IMG/VR virus record: IMGVR_UViG_3300042881_006586
DNA length: 64,000 bases
DNA from: a virus
Direction: 5' to 3' (one strand)
Part shown: piece by piece, positions 9,841-19,488 of the stretch
How the letters are laid out: the number at the start of each line of letters is the position of its first letter
How positions within the stretch are numbered: position 1 is the stretch's first letter
The notes under the pieces: model-generated
Database searches by the model: none
Seen by the model: only the letters and a program-made list of their open reading frames with translations
What the model was told of the DNA's origin: nothing
Program-made: the position numbers and the translations under genes

Positions 9841-10890
9841 CTATTTATTCACTCTATTGTACGTGTCATTTGTCTTTTGTATTAATTCAGTTTCCCCTGA
9901 AACAAATGCTTCCAAATCAAAATCTCCTGTATAACTCATAGCAGTTTGTAATCTATGGTCAATATTTTTCATTAATTCTGATAAGGCAAATTCTACCTTT
10001 TGATATTTGTACATTCCTTCGCTTGGTCTTAAATTGATTTTATTCCAAGCTTTTTGAACTTCTACTGTACTCATACCTCTATAAGCTCTTTTTACTTCAA
10101 TTCCTAAGAATTTAAACACAGGAATAAGTCCATTTGCAATAGGAAAATATTTAAATACATATGGTTGTCCACAAGCTTCATTTGTTTTGTTGAAAATACT
10201 CCCCATCATAACAAAATCAGCTCCGCATGCTAATGCAATGTTAATATCTGCTGTATTAGAAATACCCCCATCTGCAATAATTTTACAAGGATTTTCATAA
10301 CGATTTGCAATTTTTCTACATTCCATTATTAGTGATGCCATTGGATAATGAACACCTGTGTGAGTTGTGGTGGTGCATACAAAACCTCCCCCTACGCCTA
10401 AACGTATATAATCTACACCAATTTCTGTAAATTCATGAAAAGCTTTTGGATTTGCTATATTGCCAACCATCAATGTCAATTGGTCTCCCCAAATACTTTT
10501 AGCAATCTTACAAGCTTCCCATAAGTCATACATATGTCCATTAGCAATATCTATCAAAATATTCCAATGAGTTATAGTGCTATTTTGCTTACAATAGACA
10601 CTGACAAACTCTTCTAAAGAAACACTTTCAAATAGCTTTTGATTTTCAAGAACTTTATACCCTGAAGCTTTGATTCCTCTTGGGAGGCAAACATTCAATC
10701 CTTCATCTAAAAACAATTGAGTGTTATTTGCATCAAGAACTGTGTCCATAGGAGCTACAAAATAAGGTTTCTGACCATTTTTGTAATATGGTAGACATTC
10801 TTTACGGCTTCTAACTTTTGATAAAGGAGCAGGAACGATGCTCAAATCTCCTAAGTTCAATTTTATTTTTGAGTTATTCAAATTTTCCAT
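9841..10890 (-). CDS. guaC: GMP reductase / IMP dehydrogenase family
   Basis: APMDTV, IDIANGH, VGNIA, GVGGGFVCTT, IIADGGI, YRGMST, SEG. Confidence 0.8.
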   Translation of the reverse strand: MENLNNSKIKLNLGDLSIVPAPLSKVRSRKECLPYYKNGQKPYFVAPMDTVLDANNTQLFLDEGLNVCLPRGIKASGYKVLENQKLFESVSLEEFVSVYCKQNSTITHWNILIDIANGHMYDLWEACKIAKSIWGDQLTLMVGNIANPKAFHEFTEIGVDYIRLGVGGGFVCTTTTHTGVHYPMASLIMECRKIANRYENPCKIIADGGISNTADINIALACGADFVMMGSIFNKTNEACGQPYVFKYFPIANGLIPVFKFLGIEVKRAYRGMSTVEVQKAWNKINLRPSEGMYKYQKVEFALSELMKNIDHRLQTAMSYTGDFDLEAFVSGETELIQKTNDTYNRVNK

Positions 10891-11461
10891 CTAATATTCT
10901 ATCGAAATTTATTGTTGAAGAATAAGTATTTGATAATTCTTTTCTAAGCTTTTTATTATATTCTGAGAATAAAATTACCTTTTTTACTTCAGGGAAATTA
11001 TAATATATGCTTTGAGGTAAATCATATGTATTAAAAATTAATTTGGCGGTATTAGACATTAAAGTATAAACTGCACTGTAAAGGCTATTAGAGAAATCAT
11101 CTGAATCAACAATGATTACATCGTAAAATTCATCAATAGCTTCTAAATCGATTTCATTGTAACAAAAAACCCCTGTAACAGAACCTTTTTCTCTTTTGGA
11201 AAAAACAATATCCTTATCTCTGCCAATACCATCAAAATGATAATATTTATGAGCTTTCAAAATATCTGAAATGATTTTTTCTTGAGCTTCTTTATTTTCA
11301 GTTAATATCAAAATGGAATAACTGTCATTTAGAAACATTTTTTCGGCAGCCCATTCTGCGATAAAGCTTGAAAAGCCAACACCTTTAGGACTTCCTGCTA
11401 TCAGGAAATCACTTTCTTGTATGGGTTTCCACAGTTGGTTTATTTGTATTCTTTCTATCAT
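10874..11461 (-). CDS. hypothetical protein with degenerate P-loop-like N-terminus
   Basis: IAGSPKGVGFS followed by ILIL and DVIIVD strands. Confidence 0.45.
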   Translation of the reverse strand: MIERIQINQLWKPIQESDFLIAGSPKGVGFSSFIAEWAAEKMFLNDSYSILILTENKEAQEKIISDILKAHKYYHFDGIGRDKDIVFSKREKGSVTGVFCYNEIDLEAIDEFYDVIIVDSDDFSNSLYSAVYTLMSNTAKLIFNTYDLPQSIYYNFPEVKKVILFSEYNKKLRKELSNTYSSTINFDRILDGKFE

Positions 11462-11560
11462 ATTTTTTAGAATCTATATAAATACAGCAGATAACTAACC
11501 ATATTGTTATTATTATCCAATTATATTTTGTTTGAAATTTATATTCTTCCATGAGGAGTA

Positions 11561-12127
11561 TTATTTTGTACCTGTAGAACCAAATCCACCTGTACGGTCT
11601 TTAGAATCAAATTCTTCAGGGGAATCAACTTGTTCCCAAATCAGTTTTTCAACTTTCATAAGAACCATTTGAGCGATTCTTTCTTTAGGTTCAATAACTT
11701 GTTCTTTACCTGAAAGATTGATAACTGCAATTTTGATTTCATCTGTATAATCATCATCAATAGTACCGATACAATTAATCAAGGTAATTCCTTTTTTAAA
11801 TGCAGTACCACTTCTTGCTCTGATTTGAAATTCATAATCATCAGGAATATCAACATAAATTCCTGTAGGAATCAATGCAATTTCCATAGGGTTCAATGTC
11901 ATAGGAACATCTATTAAAGCACATAAATCTAATCCTGAAGAACCTTTTGTTTTATATTCAGGCATAACTCCACTTCTTGAATAAATCTTCACAGTTTTTT
12001 TACCATAATCTAAAGTTGAATTAGAAAAATAAGAAGTCATATAACTTTCATATGATTTTTTTGCATTTCTAATTTCTTCATTTGCTGCATTGAGCATTTC
12101 CTCAAGATTCTTTTCGTTCTGATTCAT
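11561..12127 (-). CDS. dut: trimeric dUTPase
   Basis: SSGLDL, RARSG, GTIDDDY, ERIAQ, RTGGFGSTG. Confidence 0.95.
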   Translation of the reverse strand: MNQNEKNLEEMLNAANEEIRNAKKSYESYMTSYFSNSTLDYGKKTVKIYSRSGVMPEYKTKGSSGLDLCALIDVPMTLNPMEIALIPTGIYVDIPDDYEFQIRARSGTAFKKGITLINCIGTIDDDYTDEIKIAVINLSGKEQVIEPKERIAQMVLMKVEKLIWEQVDSPEEFDSKDRTGGFGSTGTK

Positions 12128-12389
12128 TTGAAATTTGATTTTTAATAAGATTAAATTTTTCTTGAAATTCTTCGATATCTCCCAATATAGATAGATAAGT
12201 TTGCTCTGAAATAATATTAGGATTCAAACAAACAACTTCATGTCGCTCAAAGTTAGGAAATAAAATTGAAATATATTCATCTTTTGGAATAAAATCTAAA
12301 TTTTCTGAAAAAGATTTTATCATCGTTTCCATTTCTGAAGGTGGAACGTTACTGACATTAATATAAAAAATGAGAATTGGTCTTATCAT
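12102..12389 (-). CDS. hypothetical protein
   Basis: 95 aa ORF coupled to its neighbours. Confidence 0.6.
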   Translation of the reverse strand: MIRPILIFYINVSNVPPSEMETMIKSFSENLDFIPKDEYISILFPNFERHEVVCLNPNIISEQTYLSILGDIEEFQEKFNLIKNQISNESERKES

Positions 12390-13549
12390 TAGAATAAAGA
12401 TTTATATGCCTGTGCTCTTTTTTTGCTTACGTTATTGATATCATACTTATCTTTTACTGTTTCATAAAGAGCTTCTCCCATATCAATTCTCATCTGCGGA
12501 TTTCTTAGCAATTTTTTTGCAAAATCATAAAAATCCTTATGAGATTTCTTTTCTTCCACTAAGAAGCAATTTTTCCCATGAATCCCATCAATTTCATATG
12601 GAGATATTTTGCTTGCAATTAAAGGCTTTTTGTGAAATCCTGCTTCAATAAGTTTCAATTGAGATTTCATTGTATTGAAATGAATATCTTTCAATGGCGC
12701 AAGTGCTATATCTATATAATTGTAAGAATCTGCATAGCTTTGAATAGGTTTAGTCCATATTCTTCTATAGAATTGATTTTCAATATTAGGATATTCTTCT
12801 TGTCTTGGATTTAATAGATAATGGGTGTAATCATTGTCATGCAACATGTATCTATTTGTAAAAATTAGTTCACATTCCATCCAAACTTTAGGTTTTTTGG
12901 ATTCAGTAATTTCACCTGTATCAGAATTTCTAATCAAATTATTGAATCCTGCCATAACCATTTGAACTTCATTTTTGTTATTCCCATATAACTTATTAAC
13001 CATACCGCTCAAAAGTTTCAAATCTTCCAAATGGCTTGAGCCACCAATCCATCCAATTCTTGTTCTTTCAGATTCAATTGGCTTAGGAATAAATTGTTCT
13101 TCTTCGGGATTGATTGCATTAGAAATAATTGTAACATTCTTATTGTATTTTACAATTTCTTTTGCAAGAGTTAAAGTTGTAGTAGTTATAAGGTCTGCAA
13201 TTTTTAACCTTGAAGTCAAAGTTTTCCATTGGTCTTCTAACTTTTTGTATAAAGCATGACTTGGAGGAAGTCTCCAATAATCATCTAAATCTAAAATGAT
13301 TTTCATCCCATCCTTTTTCAAGTTCTCAAGTAATGAAAAAACTGAATCATTCATAACCAAAGTGCCTTGACCTACAATGGCATCATAATTTGAAGCAAAA
13401 TCTTTTTCATGTAGAGGCGGATTTTGCATGATATCAATTAAAAAATCTTCTTTATGGTTAGATTGTAAAGCAGTGTGTGGGTCTGTAAATCTATATTTTC
13501 CTACACCTGCATTATTAACTTCTAATACCAATATTCTTATCTTCTTCAT
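12389..13549 (-). CDS. GT-B (GT4-like) glycosyltransferase
   Basis: GVGKYR, DLDDYW, IGWIGGSSH, DIALAPL, KSQLKLIEAG. Confidence 0.85.
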   Translation of the reverse strand: MKKIRILVLEVNNAGVGKYRFTDPHTALQSNHKEDFLIDIMQNPPLHEKDFASNYDAIVGQGTLVMNDSVFSLLENLKKDGMKIILDLDDYWRLPPSHALYKKLEDQWKTLTSRLKIADLITTTTLTLAKEIVKYNKNVTIISNAINPEEEQFIPKPIESERTRIGWIGGSSHLEDLKLLSGMVNKLYGNNKNEVQMVMAGFNNLIRNSDTGEITESKKPKVWMECELIFTNRYMLHDNDYTHYLLNPRQEEYPNIENQFYRRIWTKPIQSYADSYNYIDIALAPLKDIHFNTMKSQLKLIEAGFHKKPLIASKISPYEIDGIHGKNCFLVEEKKSHKDFYDFAKKLLRNPQMRIDMGEALYETVKDKYDINNVSKKRAQAYKSLF

Positions 13550-13611
13550 CTTTTTTATTTTAATATAGTCTTCAAATTTAGAAAATAAATCTATATACCT
13601 ATATTAAGATT

Positions 13612-14190
13612 ATGAATGAGAGTATTATTTTAAAATGTAGATTTGAGGTCGCAAATTGCGACCATAAATTTTATTTAGAGAAGCTTAGAAAATACTCAAA
13701 TGAAACAAAAATTATTTCTATTGAAGAGAAATATTATCATAAAGAAATAGAAGAGTATTCTTTTGAATTTGATGGATATATAACAAAAACTATAAAAATA
13801 TTTAAAGCGAAACTGAAATTCGGAAAAACCGAATTTTTGGCATTGATAGAAAACGAAGTTATCAAAATAAAAAATGCTGATGAACTTATAAAGTTAACAT
13901 CAGCAAATGATATAGAAAATTTAGGTTTCGTTTACATTATTAAATCCAAGTTAGGATATAAAATAGGTTATTCAAAAGAAATTCACAAAAGAAACAAAAT
14001 TTTTAATGTGAAACTGCCATTTCAATGGGAGTTTGCAAAAATATTTTGTTTGAAGGATTATAAGCTTTTTGAGAAATTTCTTCATGGTGCTTACAGTTTA
14101 AAAAAAATAAATGGCGAATGGTTTGATTTAAATGAAAATGATTTAGTTACTATTGAAAGATTTTATGAAAAAATCAAACTCCCCAAGTAA
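13612..14190 (+). CDS. GIY-YIG (MUG113/T5orf172-like) nuclease domain protein
   Basis: GFVYII...YKIGYS...R...EKFLH...GEWFDL. Confidence 0.8.
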   Translation: MNESIILKCRFEVANCDHKFYLEKLRKYSNETKIISIEEKYYHKEIEEYSFEFDGYITKTIKIFKAKLKFGKTEFLALIENEVIKIKNADELIKLTSANDIENLGFVYIIKSKLGYKIGYSKEIHKRNKIFNVKLPFQWEFAKIFCLKDYKLFEKFLHGAYSLKKINGEWFDLNENDLVTIERFYEKIKLPK

Positions 14191-14443
14191 ATCCATCAAC
14201 AGTAGCCCAACATATATCATCATTTGTAATAAATGAATCTAAACAATCAATACTACAGCAGACACCTAAGAATTTATTTTCTGAAGCAAAATCCATAACT
14301 AATTTAACTTTTTTAGGGTCAACTTGTTTTCCTGAATCTATATTAATGAAAACAGAATTAGTATATGGTTTCCCATTTTTAGGGGAAATTTTGTAAAAGT
14401 ATTCTAATACTGTTCCATTGTTATATGTTCGGCTTTGTATCAT
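14174..14443 (-). CDS. hypothetical protein
   Basis: 89 aa ORF, translationally coupled. Confidence 0.55.
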   Translation of the reverse strand: MIQSRTYNNGTVLEYFYKISPKNGKPYTNSVFINIDSGKQVDPKKVKLVMDFASENKFLGVCCSIDCLDSFITNDDICWATVDGFTWGV

Positions 14444-14736
14444 TATCTTTTGACAGGTGACATTTTTCCTCTGAAGTGATGACCTCCAATAACAATATCC
14501 ACAGTATCAGCACTTCCTTCTGTAATAATAGTCTTTTGAGATAGATTTTCAACTATTTCAGTAAGATATGCAATCTGTTGTTTTAACTCTTCAATTTCTG
14601 AATTAACTGCATTATTCTTTGGGCGATATTCACTTTCATTTATAAGTGAATCCTCATTCATTGATATTTTGCCTGCAATATTATTTAGAAATCTATCAAG
14701 TTTCGGGTCAGGTCTTTCGATATTATTGTTGTTCAT
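14443..14736 (-). CDS. hypothetical protein (likely start MNNNNIE)
   Basis: ORF track 14443..14766; ATG at 14736 minimises overlap. Confidence 0.55.
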   Translation of the reverse strand: MNNNNIERPDPKLDRFLNNIAGKISMNEDSLINESEYRPKNNAVNSEIEELKQQIAYLTEIVENLSQKTIITEGSADTVDIVIGGHHFRGKMSPVKR

Positions 14737-15115
14737 CGTTTTCGGTTTTATTATAATTTGAAGCATTCATTGCAATAGAAATTGCTTTTTCTATTTGATA
14801 TGAAACATTTTCTACAATAGTATCGATTGCTTCACTTATAACAGAATTCACTTCAGAATTTATTAAGTTTCTTAAATAGTCTTCATTTATCAATCCGTTT
14901 TTCTTGTTTGAATGAGTAGGAATACTATTTGTTTTTGCACGTCTTTCAGTTTCTTCAAAGATTTTAAAAATTTTATTGGAATCTATTTTTTGAAATAGTT
15001 GCTCATGATTAACAAGCTCTATTGTTTCTTCATTTTTTTCCAATTCAGTTATAGCTCCTAAGAAATCTGTATCATATTCAGTTTCAAATTCAGGATTTTC
15101 TTTTAGATTGTTCAT
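14723..15115 (-). CDS. hypothetical protein
   Basis: 130 aa acidic ORF with the upstream CTATATTA motif. Confidence 0.6.
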   Translation of the reverse strand: MNNLKENPEFETEYDTDFLGAITELEKNEETIELVNHEQLFQKIDSNKIFKIFEETERRAKTNSIPTHSNKKNGLINEDYLRNLINSEVNSVISEAIDTIVENVSYQIEKAISIAMNASNYNKTENDEQQ

Positions 15116-15157
15116 AGTTATATAATTTACAACTAATATAGATTATAAAAAATAAAA

Positions 15158-15529
15158 CTAAAATTTGGCACTATTATAAATTTGTGCCATAGATTTGTCC
15201 CCTGACTTGTTATATTTATCTCTTGGTTTATCAAATTTCTTATCCCAAAAGAATAAAGTTTTAACCACTTTCAAATCTTTTATTTTATCTTTACGGAAAG
15301 TTTTCCATTGATTGTTGCCTCTTTTTGAAGGGCCCTTCAATTGAAAAACTCTTATCAATTCATTCCCTAAATGATTCTTTCCAAATACATACATCTCTCC
15401 TTCTCTCCAATCATTTTCATTATCGTATTTAAACTTCACAAGAAGTTTCTTTTCAATAGGGTTTATGATTTGAGAATTAGCAATAGCCTCATTGAGAACT
15501 AAGTTATATGTTTCAAAAAGACTCTTCAT
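15158..15529 (-). CDS. stand-alone WYL-like domain protein
   Basis: VKFKY...REGEMYVFG...LIRVFQ...WKTFRKDKI; probable start MKSLFETY just after the upstream stop. Confidence 0.6.
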   Translation of the reverse strand: MKSLFETYNLVLNEAIANSQIINPIEKKLLVKFKYDNENDWREGEMYVFGKNHLGNELIRVFQLKGPSKRGNNQWKTFRKDKIKDLKVVKTLFFWDKKFDKPRDKYNKSGDKSMAQIYNSAKF

Positions 15530-15530
15530 A

Positions 15531-15893
15531 TTACATATTAAAAGAAAAAGGTATTGAAGGAAAACAATCGTAAGGATTTTCTCTTCTATAAATATTCTTT
15601 TGAAGCAATCTGTTTCTTCCTGAGCCATCAACATCAGGTCTTCCATTGATGTCATAATATCCGCCACCGTTCAATGTATCCAAGTAACCTGAAGTTCCTT
15701 TACCTTTGATGTTCAAACGGTCATCAGAACCTCCTTGTGCTTGAAGAGCATTAGGGTGAGTTTCATTATAAATTCTACCTGTTTGATTTTGATAGACATT
15801 TCTTATAAGAAGCTCTTGTCTTGCTTGATTGGCGATGTCCTCTAAACGAGTACAACTTCTGCCAAGTCTGTTATTATTGTCGTTAATTGCCAT
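15531..15893 (-). CDS. hypothetical, probably virion protein
   Basis: 120 aa Gly/Asn-rich ORF in the late-motif operon. Confidence 0.6.
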   Translation of the reverse strand: MAINDNNNRLGRSCTRLEDIANQARQELLIRNVYQNQTGRIYNETHPNALQAQGGSDDRLNIKGKGTSGYLDTLNGGGYYDINGRPDVDGSGRNRLLQKNIYRRENPYDCFPSIPFSFNM

Positions 15894-15916
15894 AGTTATA
15901 TTTTCTTTTAAATATC

Positions 15917-16402
15917 TTAAATTTTATTTTTTTGAATAAATCTGAATTGTTCTTCAGTAACTATTATTTTTTTTATTTTCTTATTTTCACTGTGAACAGA
16001 TAATTTTGCAGGTTTTGTTGTTACAGTTGAATTTACTGTTGAATCTTTATAATGTGTTTTTTTATAAGCGTTTTCAATGCCTGCTTTATCCTTTAAATCT
16101 TTTTTTAATTCAGAAGTAGTTCTTGCAGTTTTTAAAGTTTCGTTAATCCAAGTTTCTAAGACATTTCCACCGTTCAATTCATAAAGAACTGTATTTTCTC
16201 TATTTGTTTCTAAAATATGTTTTATATTTTTTAAATTTTCATAAGTCAATCTTCCTGTCTCAACAAGATTTTTTAACCTTGTGTAACCTTCTAAACTTTT
16301 ATCCCCATTATTATTTTCATATGAACTAAATTTTTTCTTTAATTCATCTAAAACATTTTTTGGAAGATTGTAATAATTCCCTTGGAGTTCTTGATTTGCC
16401 AT
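15917..16402 (-). CDS. hypothetical protein
   Basis: 161 aa; ends with a KKIIVTEEQF motif. Confidence 0.65.
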   Translation of the reverse strand: MANQELQGNYYNLPKNVLDELKKKFSSYENNNGDKSLEGYTRLKNLVETGRLTYENLKNIKHILETNRENTVLYELNGGNVLETWINETLKTARTTSELKKDLKDKAGIENAYKKTHYKDSTVNSTVTTKPAKLSVHSENKKIKKIIVTEEQFRFIQKNKI

Positions 16403-16956
16403 TATATTGAATTTTTTAATTCTTTTCTTTTTTTAGGACTTAAATTCTTAGTATTTAGCTTTTCAATAACGTTTTTAACTATTATTGAAACAATATCTTC
16501 ATAATTTTCATCATTTGAAAAATCATCAACATTGTCTATTAAATTTTTAACATTATCTTGCACATCATCCATATCATAACTTTTGCTAAGTTCATCAATA
16601 TCAGGAATAGAAGTTGTATCTTTGCTGATAAGTTCTTCTTCTTTAGAATTTTTAAATCTATCTAAAATAGTATCTTCTCTTAAATCATCTTCAATTATAT
16701 AGGATTCAGAAACGCTTCCTGAAGAATAACCATAACCTCTGAAATAGTAGTAGAATTTACCATCTTGATTGGCAGACCATCTTTGTTTATCAGTGTCCCA
16801 ATTCGTTCCATCTATTTTATCATCGTAGGTAGTGGTTTTGATTCGAGAAGAGCCTGGGTATTCGACCATACCCCCACTAATAATTCCACCATCAGAATTG
16901 ATGATTTCATTCATCATTTCTTCAGTTATTTTCAATCTTTTCATTTTTTTACGCAT
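16402..16956 (-). CDS. hypothetical protein
   Basis: 184 aa; LKITEE leader. Confidence 0.65.
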   Translation of the reverse strand: MRKKMKRLKITEEMMNEIINSDGGIISGGMVEYPGSSRIKTTTYDDKIDGTNWDTDKQRWSANQDGKFYYYFRGYGYSSGSVSESYIIEDDLREDTILDRFKNSKEEELISKDTTSIPDIDELSKSYDMDDVQDNVKNLIDNVDDFSNDENYEDIVSIIVKNVIEKLNTKNLSPKKRKELKNSI

Positions 16957-16963
16957 AACATAA

Positions 16964-16981
16964 ATATTTATCTATAAATAT
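16964..16981. promoter_or_regulatory. adjacent opposite-strand copies of the putative late promoter ATATTTAT
   Basis: ATATTTAT at 16964 (+) and TATAAATAT at 16973 (= ATATTTATA on -) between divergent genes. Confidence 0.55.
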
Positions 16982-16988
16982 ATACATA

Positions 16989-18779
16989 GTGAGTAATATT
17001 AAAAAAAATACAAACAAAATATTTGATATAAAATTAAACAATTGCAACTATTGGGATTTTTACCTCTCAATGGATGCATCAAGTGATTGTTTTGTTTGTG
17101 ATAATTTAATTACAGGAGATGTAGTAGCTACTTTTGATTTTGATAATATTTCAGGGTTGTGTAGTACTGTAACATGGGAAAATGCAACTTCTTTCAATAA
17201 AGACCTTTGTGATATTGGATTAACAGGTTATGATAATCGTTTTGTAGATTGGTACACAGGGGAAACTTTTAATCCTTCAGGTGATACAACTTTCTGTGTA
17301 AAAAGAGTTTCAGGAGATACATACTGTTATGAAATGAATCATATGCCTGCTTATGGAGTAGAACCTGAACATATTCAATTCTGTGGTGGTTTTTTCCAAG
17401 GATTTTACAGGCTTCATGGGTATGATTATGATGTTCTTCCGAATATGTATTATAAAGGTTGGACAAAAGAATTTTGGCTCAAAAGAACCGATTGCCCTTC
17501 AGGAGAAACTGTAACTATTACAGGTGAAACAATTACTTATGAAGAAACCGAATTAAATGTTATTGAAACCATTGAAATTTGGCAAACAGATGTCATATCA
17601 GGAGGTACTTGTACAGATAAATTTCAATTGAATGAAGTTTATCCTGATAACAAAGGGATATTTTATTTTTGGGGATTGAGAGCTGAAAATAAGTTTTGTG
17701 CCTTTTCACCTTTTTCAGAATTGACAACTTGTGAAGGATTAAGTCTTGCTCCAAAGATAACAGAAATTCCTTTTGAACCTGATGTCAATCCGTTTTTATA
17801 TTATACAAGAAGAACTGCTTATTGTACAGATGAGCCTAATTCAACTGCAGAATTGATTGATTGCTGTGATGGTATTATTAATAATGCTTTAGCTTTCAGA
17901 GTTACAGATGATGGAGAAATTGGATTGAGATTGATGACAACTACAGGTGAATGTATGTTAGTTGGGGATTCAATAATGTTCTCAGGAAGTCCTGTTGTTG
18001 AAGAATTTTATTCTAAAAAGAATCTTGTTAAAAAAGACAAATGGTATCATGTTACATATAGATTTGAGCCATATGAAAGACATCACTGTATAGGTTATAG
18101 AGTTAGTGCAGGTATCCTTTCAGTTTTTGTAGATGGATTTTTGAAATTGAAAATCGATGGATTTCCTGAATTTATTCCTTATGAATTAAATGAAATTCCT
18201 GAGAAGCAATTGGGAGTTCCATTTAATATAAGTCTTGGAGGTGGAACACAGGGTCTTTTGGAAAGTTATACTTTTTCAGGTCTTACTGAATCTTTTGATT
18301 TAACAGGATATACTTTATGTAATTATATTTCAAAGGTAATTGCACCATGTACTTTTAATGGGATTGTAATAAACGGTGAAAGGATTGTAAGCCCAAAATT
18401 CACAGTTCATGAGGCTGATTTAATAAAAGCTTGGTTAGAAATGCATGTCAAAAGTATGGGTGAAATTGAAATAGAACCTTATTATATGGGTGATAGGGAT
18501 TCTATAAAAATAACATTCAATGCAGTTATCGATAAATTAGACTATATATTATTAGAAAAAGGAGTTTCTTGTATAGTTCAAACTAATTGTATAGATGTGC
18601 CTCCTTTTAATGGTAGATGTGGCTATTTGGAAGATAACTTTGCAGGGACATTTATTGGAGGAATTGGTGAGTTTAGACTGCATGATAGACCTCTTTGTTT
18701 GCAAGAAATTAGATGTAACTTTGAATTAGAAAAAGCAAAATATAATCGTAATAGAGACAGAATAGAATGCGAAATATGA
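16989..18779 (+). CDS. Cys-rich virion protein with LamG/concanavalin-A-like domain
   Basis: KWYHVT...LSVFVDG...FIGGIGEFRLHDRPL; GTG start. Confidence 0.6.
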   Translation: MSNIKKNTNKIFDIKLNNCNYWDFYLSMDASSDCFVCDNLITGDVVATFDFDNISGLCSTVTWENATSFNKDLCDIGLTGYDNRFVDWYTGETFNPSGDTTFCVKRVSGDTYCYEMNHMPAYGVEPEHIQFCGGFFQGFYRLHGYDYDVLPNMYYKGWTKEFWLKRTDCPSGETVTITGETITYEETELNVIETIEIWQTDVISGGTCTDKFQLNEVYPDNKGIFYFWGLRAENKFCAFSPFSELTTCEGLSLAPKITEIPFEPDVNPFLYYTRRTAYCTDEPNSTAELIDCCDGIINNALAFRVTDDGEIGLRLMTTTGECMLVGDSIMFSGSPVVEEFYSKKNLVKKDKWYHVTYRFEPYERHHCIGYRVSAGILSVFVDGFLKLKIDGFPEFIPYELNEIPEKQLGVPFNISLGGGTQGLLESYTFSGLTESFDLTGYTLCNYISKVIAPCTFNGIVINGERIVSPKFTVHEADLIKAWLEMHVKSMGEIEIEPYYMGDRDSIKITFNAVIDKLDYILLEKGVSCIVQTNCIDVPPFNGRCGYLEDNFAGTFIGGIGEFRLHDRPLCLQEIRCNFELEKAKYNRNRDRIECEI

Positions 18780-18783
18780 AAAT
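18732..18783 (+). repeat. 52-bp direct repeat, copy 1 (3' end of the LamG gene)
   Basis: 49/52 identical to 19437-19488. Confidence 0.9.
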
Positions 18784-19438
18784 ATTAATAACTGAAGAAC
18801 AATATAAACTTCTAAGGGAAGTTGATAAAGATGGAATTGGGACTATTGATGATATTAATAAGAAGTTTAATTATAAAATAGGTAAGATGATTGGTTACGG
18901 TAAATATAGTTTTGTTTTTGAATACGAGGATGATAAGGTTGTTAAGATAAAGAATAATAATAATAATAATTATAATGATTATGGTTTTTTTAAAACATAT
19001 GATATAGGGGAATTTACTTTTAATGAAGATGTATTAACAGTAAATGAAAAACATTTAGCAGTTTATAACGATAAGTTATATTATGTTATAATGGAAAAAT
19101 TAAATATAGATAAAGATTTAATTAATAGCTTAGATACTGTTGAATTTGTTATTGAAAGCTTTATGGAGCATGCTAAAATAAAAAATACTACAACTAAACT
19201 GAATTGGCTGTATCAAAATTTTGAAAATGATGATATTTTAATGAAGCTTATTGATTTTTCTAAAGAAAAAATATTTAAATACCAAAGAGAAATGGATGAA
19301 TTTATTTCAATTATGACAGACCTTTATCAATTATTTTTAAAAATGAAGCAAAAAGGTTTAAATTGGAGGGATATGCATAGTGGAAATTTTGCATACAATT
19401 CGAATATGGAATTAACACCATTTGATATGGAATTTTAA
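18776..19438 (+). CDS. protein-kinase-like fold protein
   Basis: IGYGKYSFVF Gly loop, VVKI lysine, YVIMEKL, DMHSGN catalytic loop, PFDME. Confidence 0.8.
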   Translation: MKILITEEQYKLLREVDKDGIGTIDDINKKFNYKIGKMIGYGKYSFVFEYEDDKVVKIKNNNNNNYNDYGFFKTYDIGEFTFNEDVLTVNEKHLAVYNDKLYYVIMEKLNIDKDLINSLDTVEFVIESFMEHAKIKNTTTKLNWLYQNFENDDILMKLIDFSKEKIFKYQREMDEFISIMTDLYQLFLKMKQKGLNWRDMHSGNFAYNSNMELTPFDMEF

Positions 19439-19488
19439 AGAAAAATATAATCATAATAGAGACAGAATAGAATGCGAATTATGAAAAT
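19437..19488 (+). repeat. 52-bp direct repeat, copy 2
   Basis: matches 18732-18783. Confidence 0.9.

Noticed and set aside
10874-11461. Terminase large subunit call
   Set aside because: Too short, Walker A lacks the Lys, and no nuclease domain is present
15530-15667. N-terminal extensions given by the track for 15158, 18767, 19472, 55523 and 55698
   Set aside because: They mostly overlap upstream genes or repeats; internal ATGs next to upstream stops and shared leaders fit better
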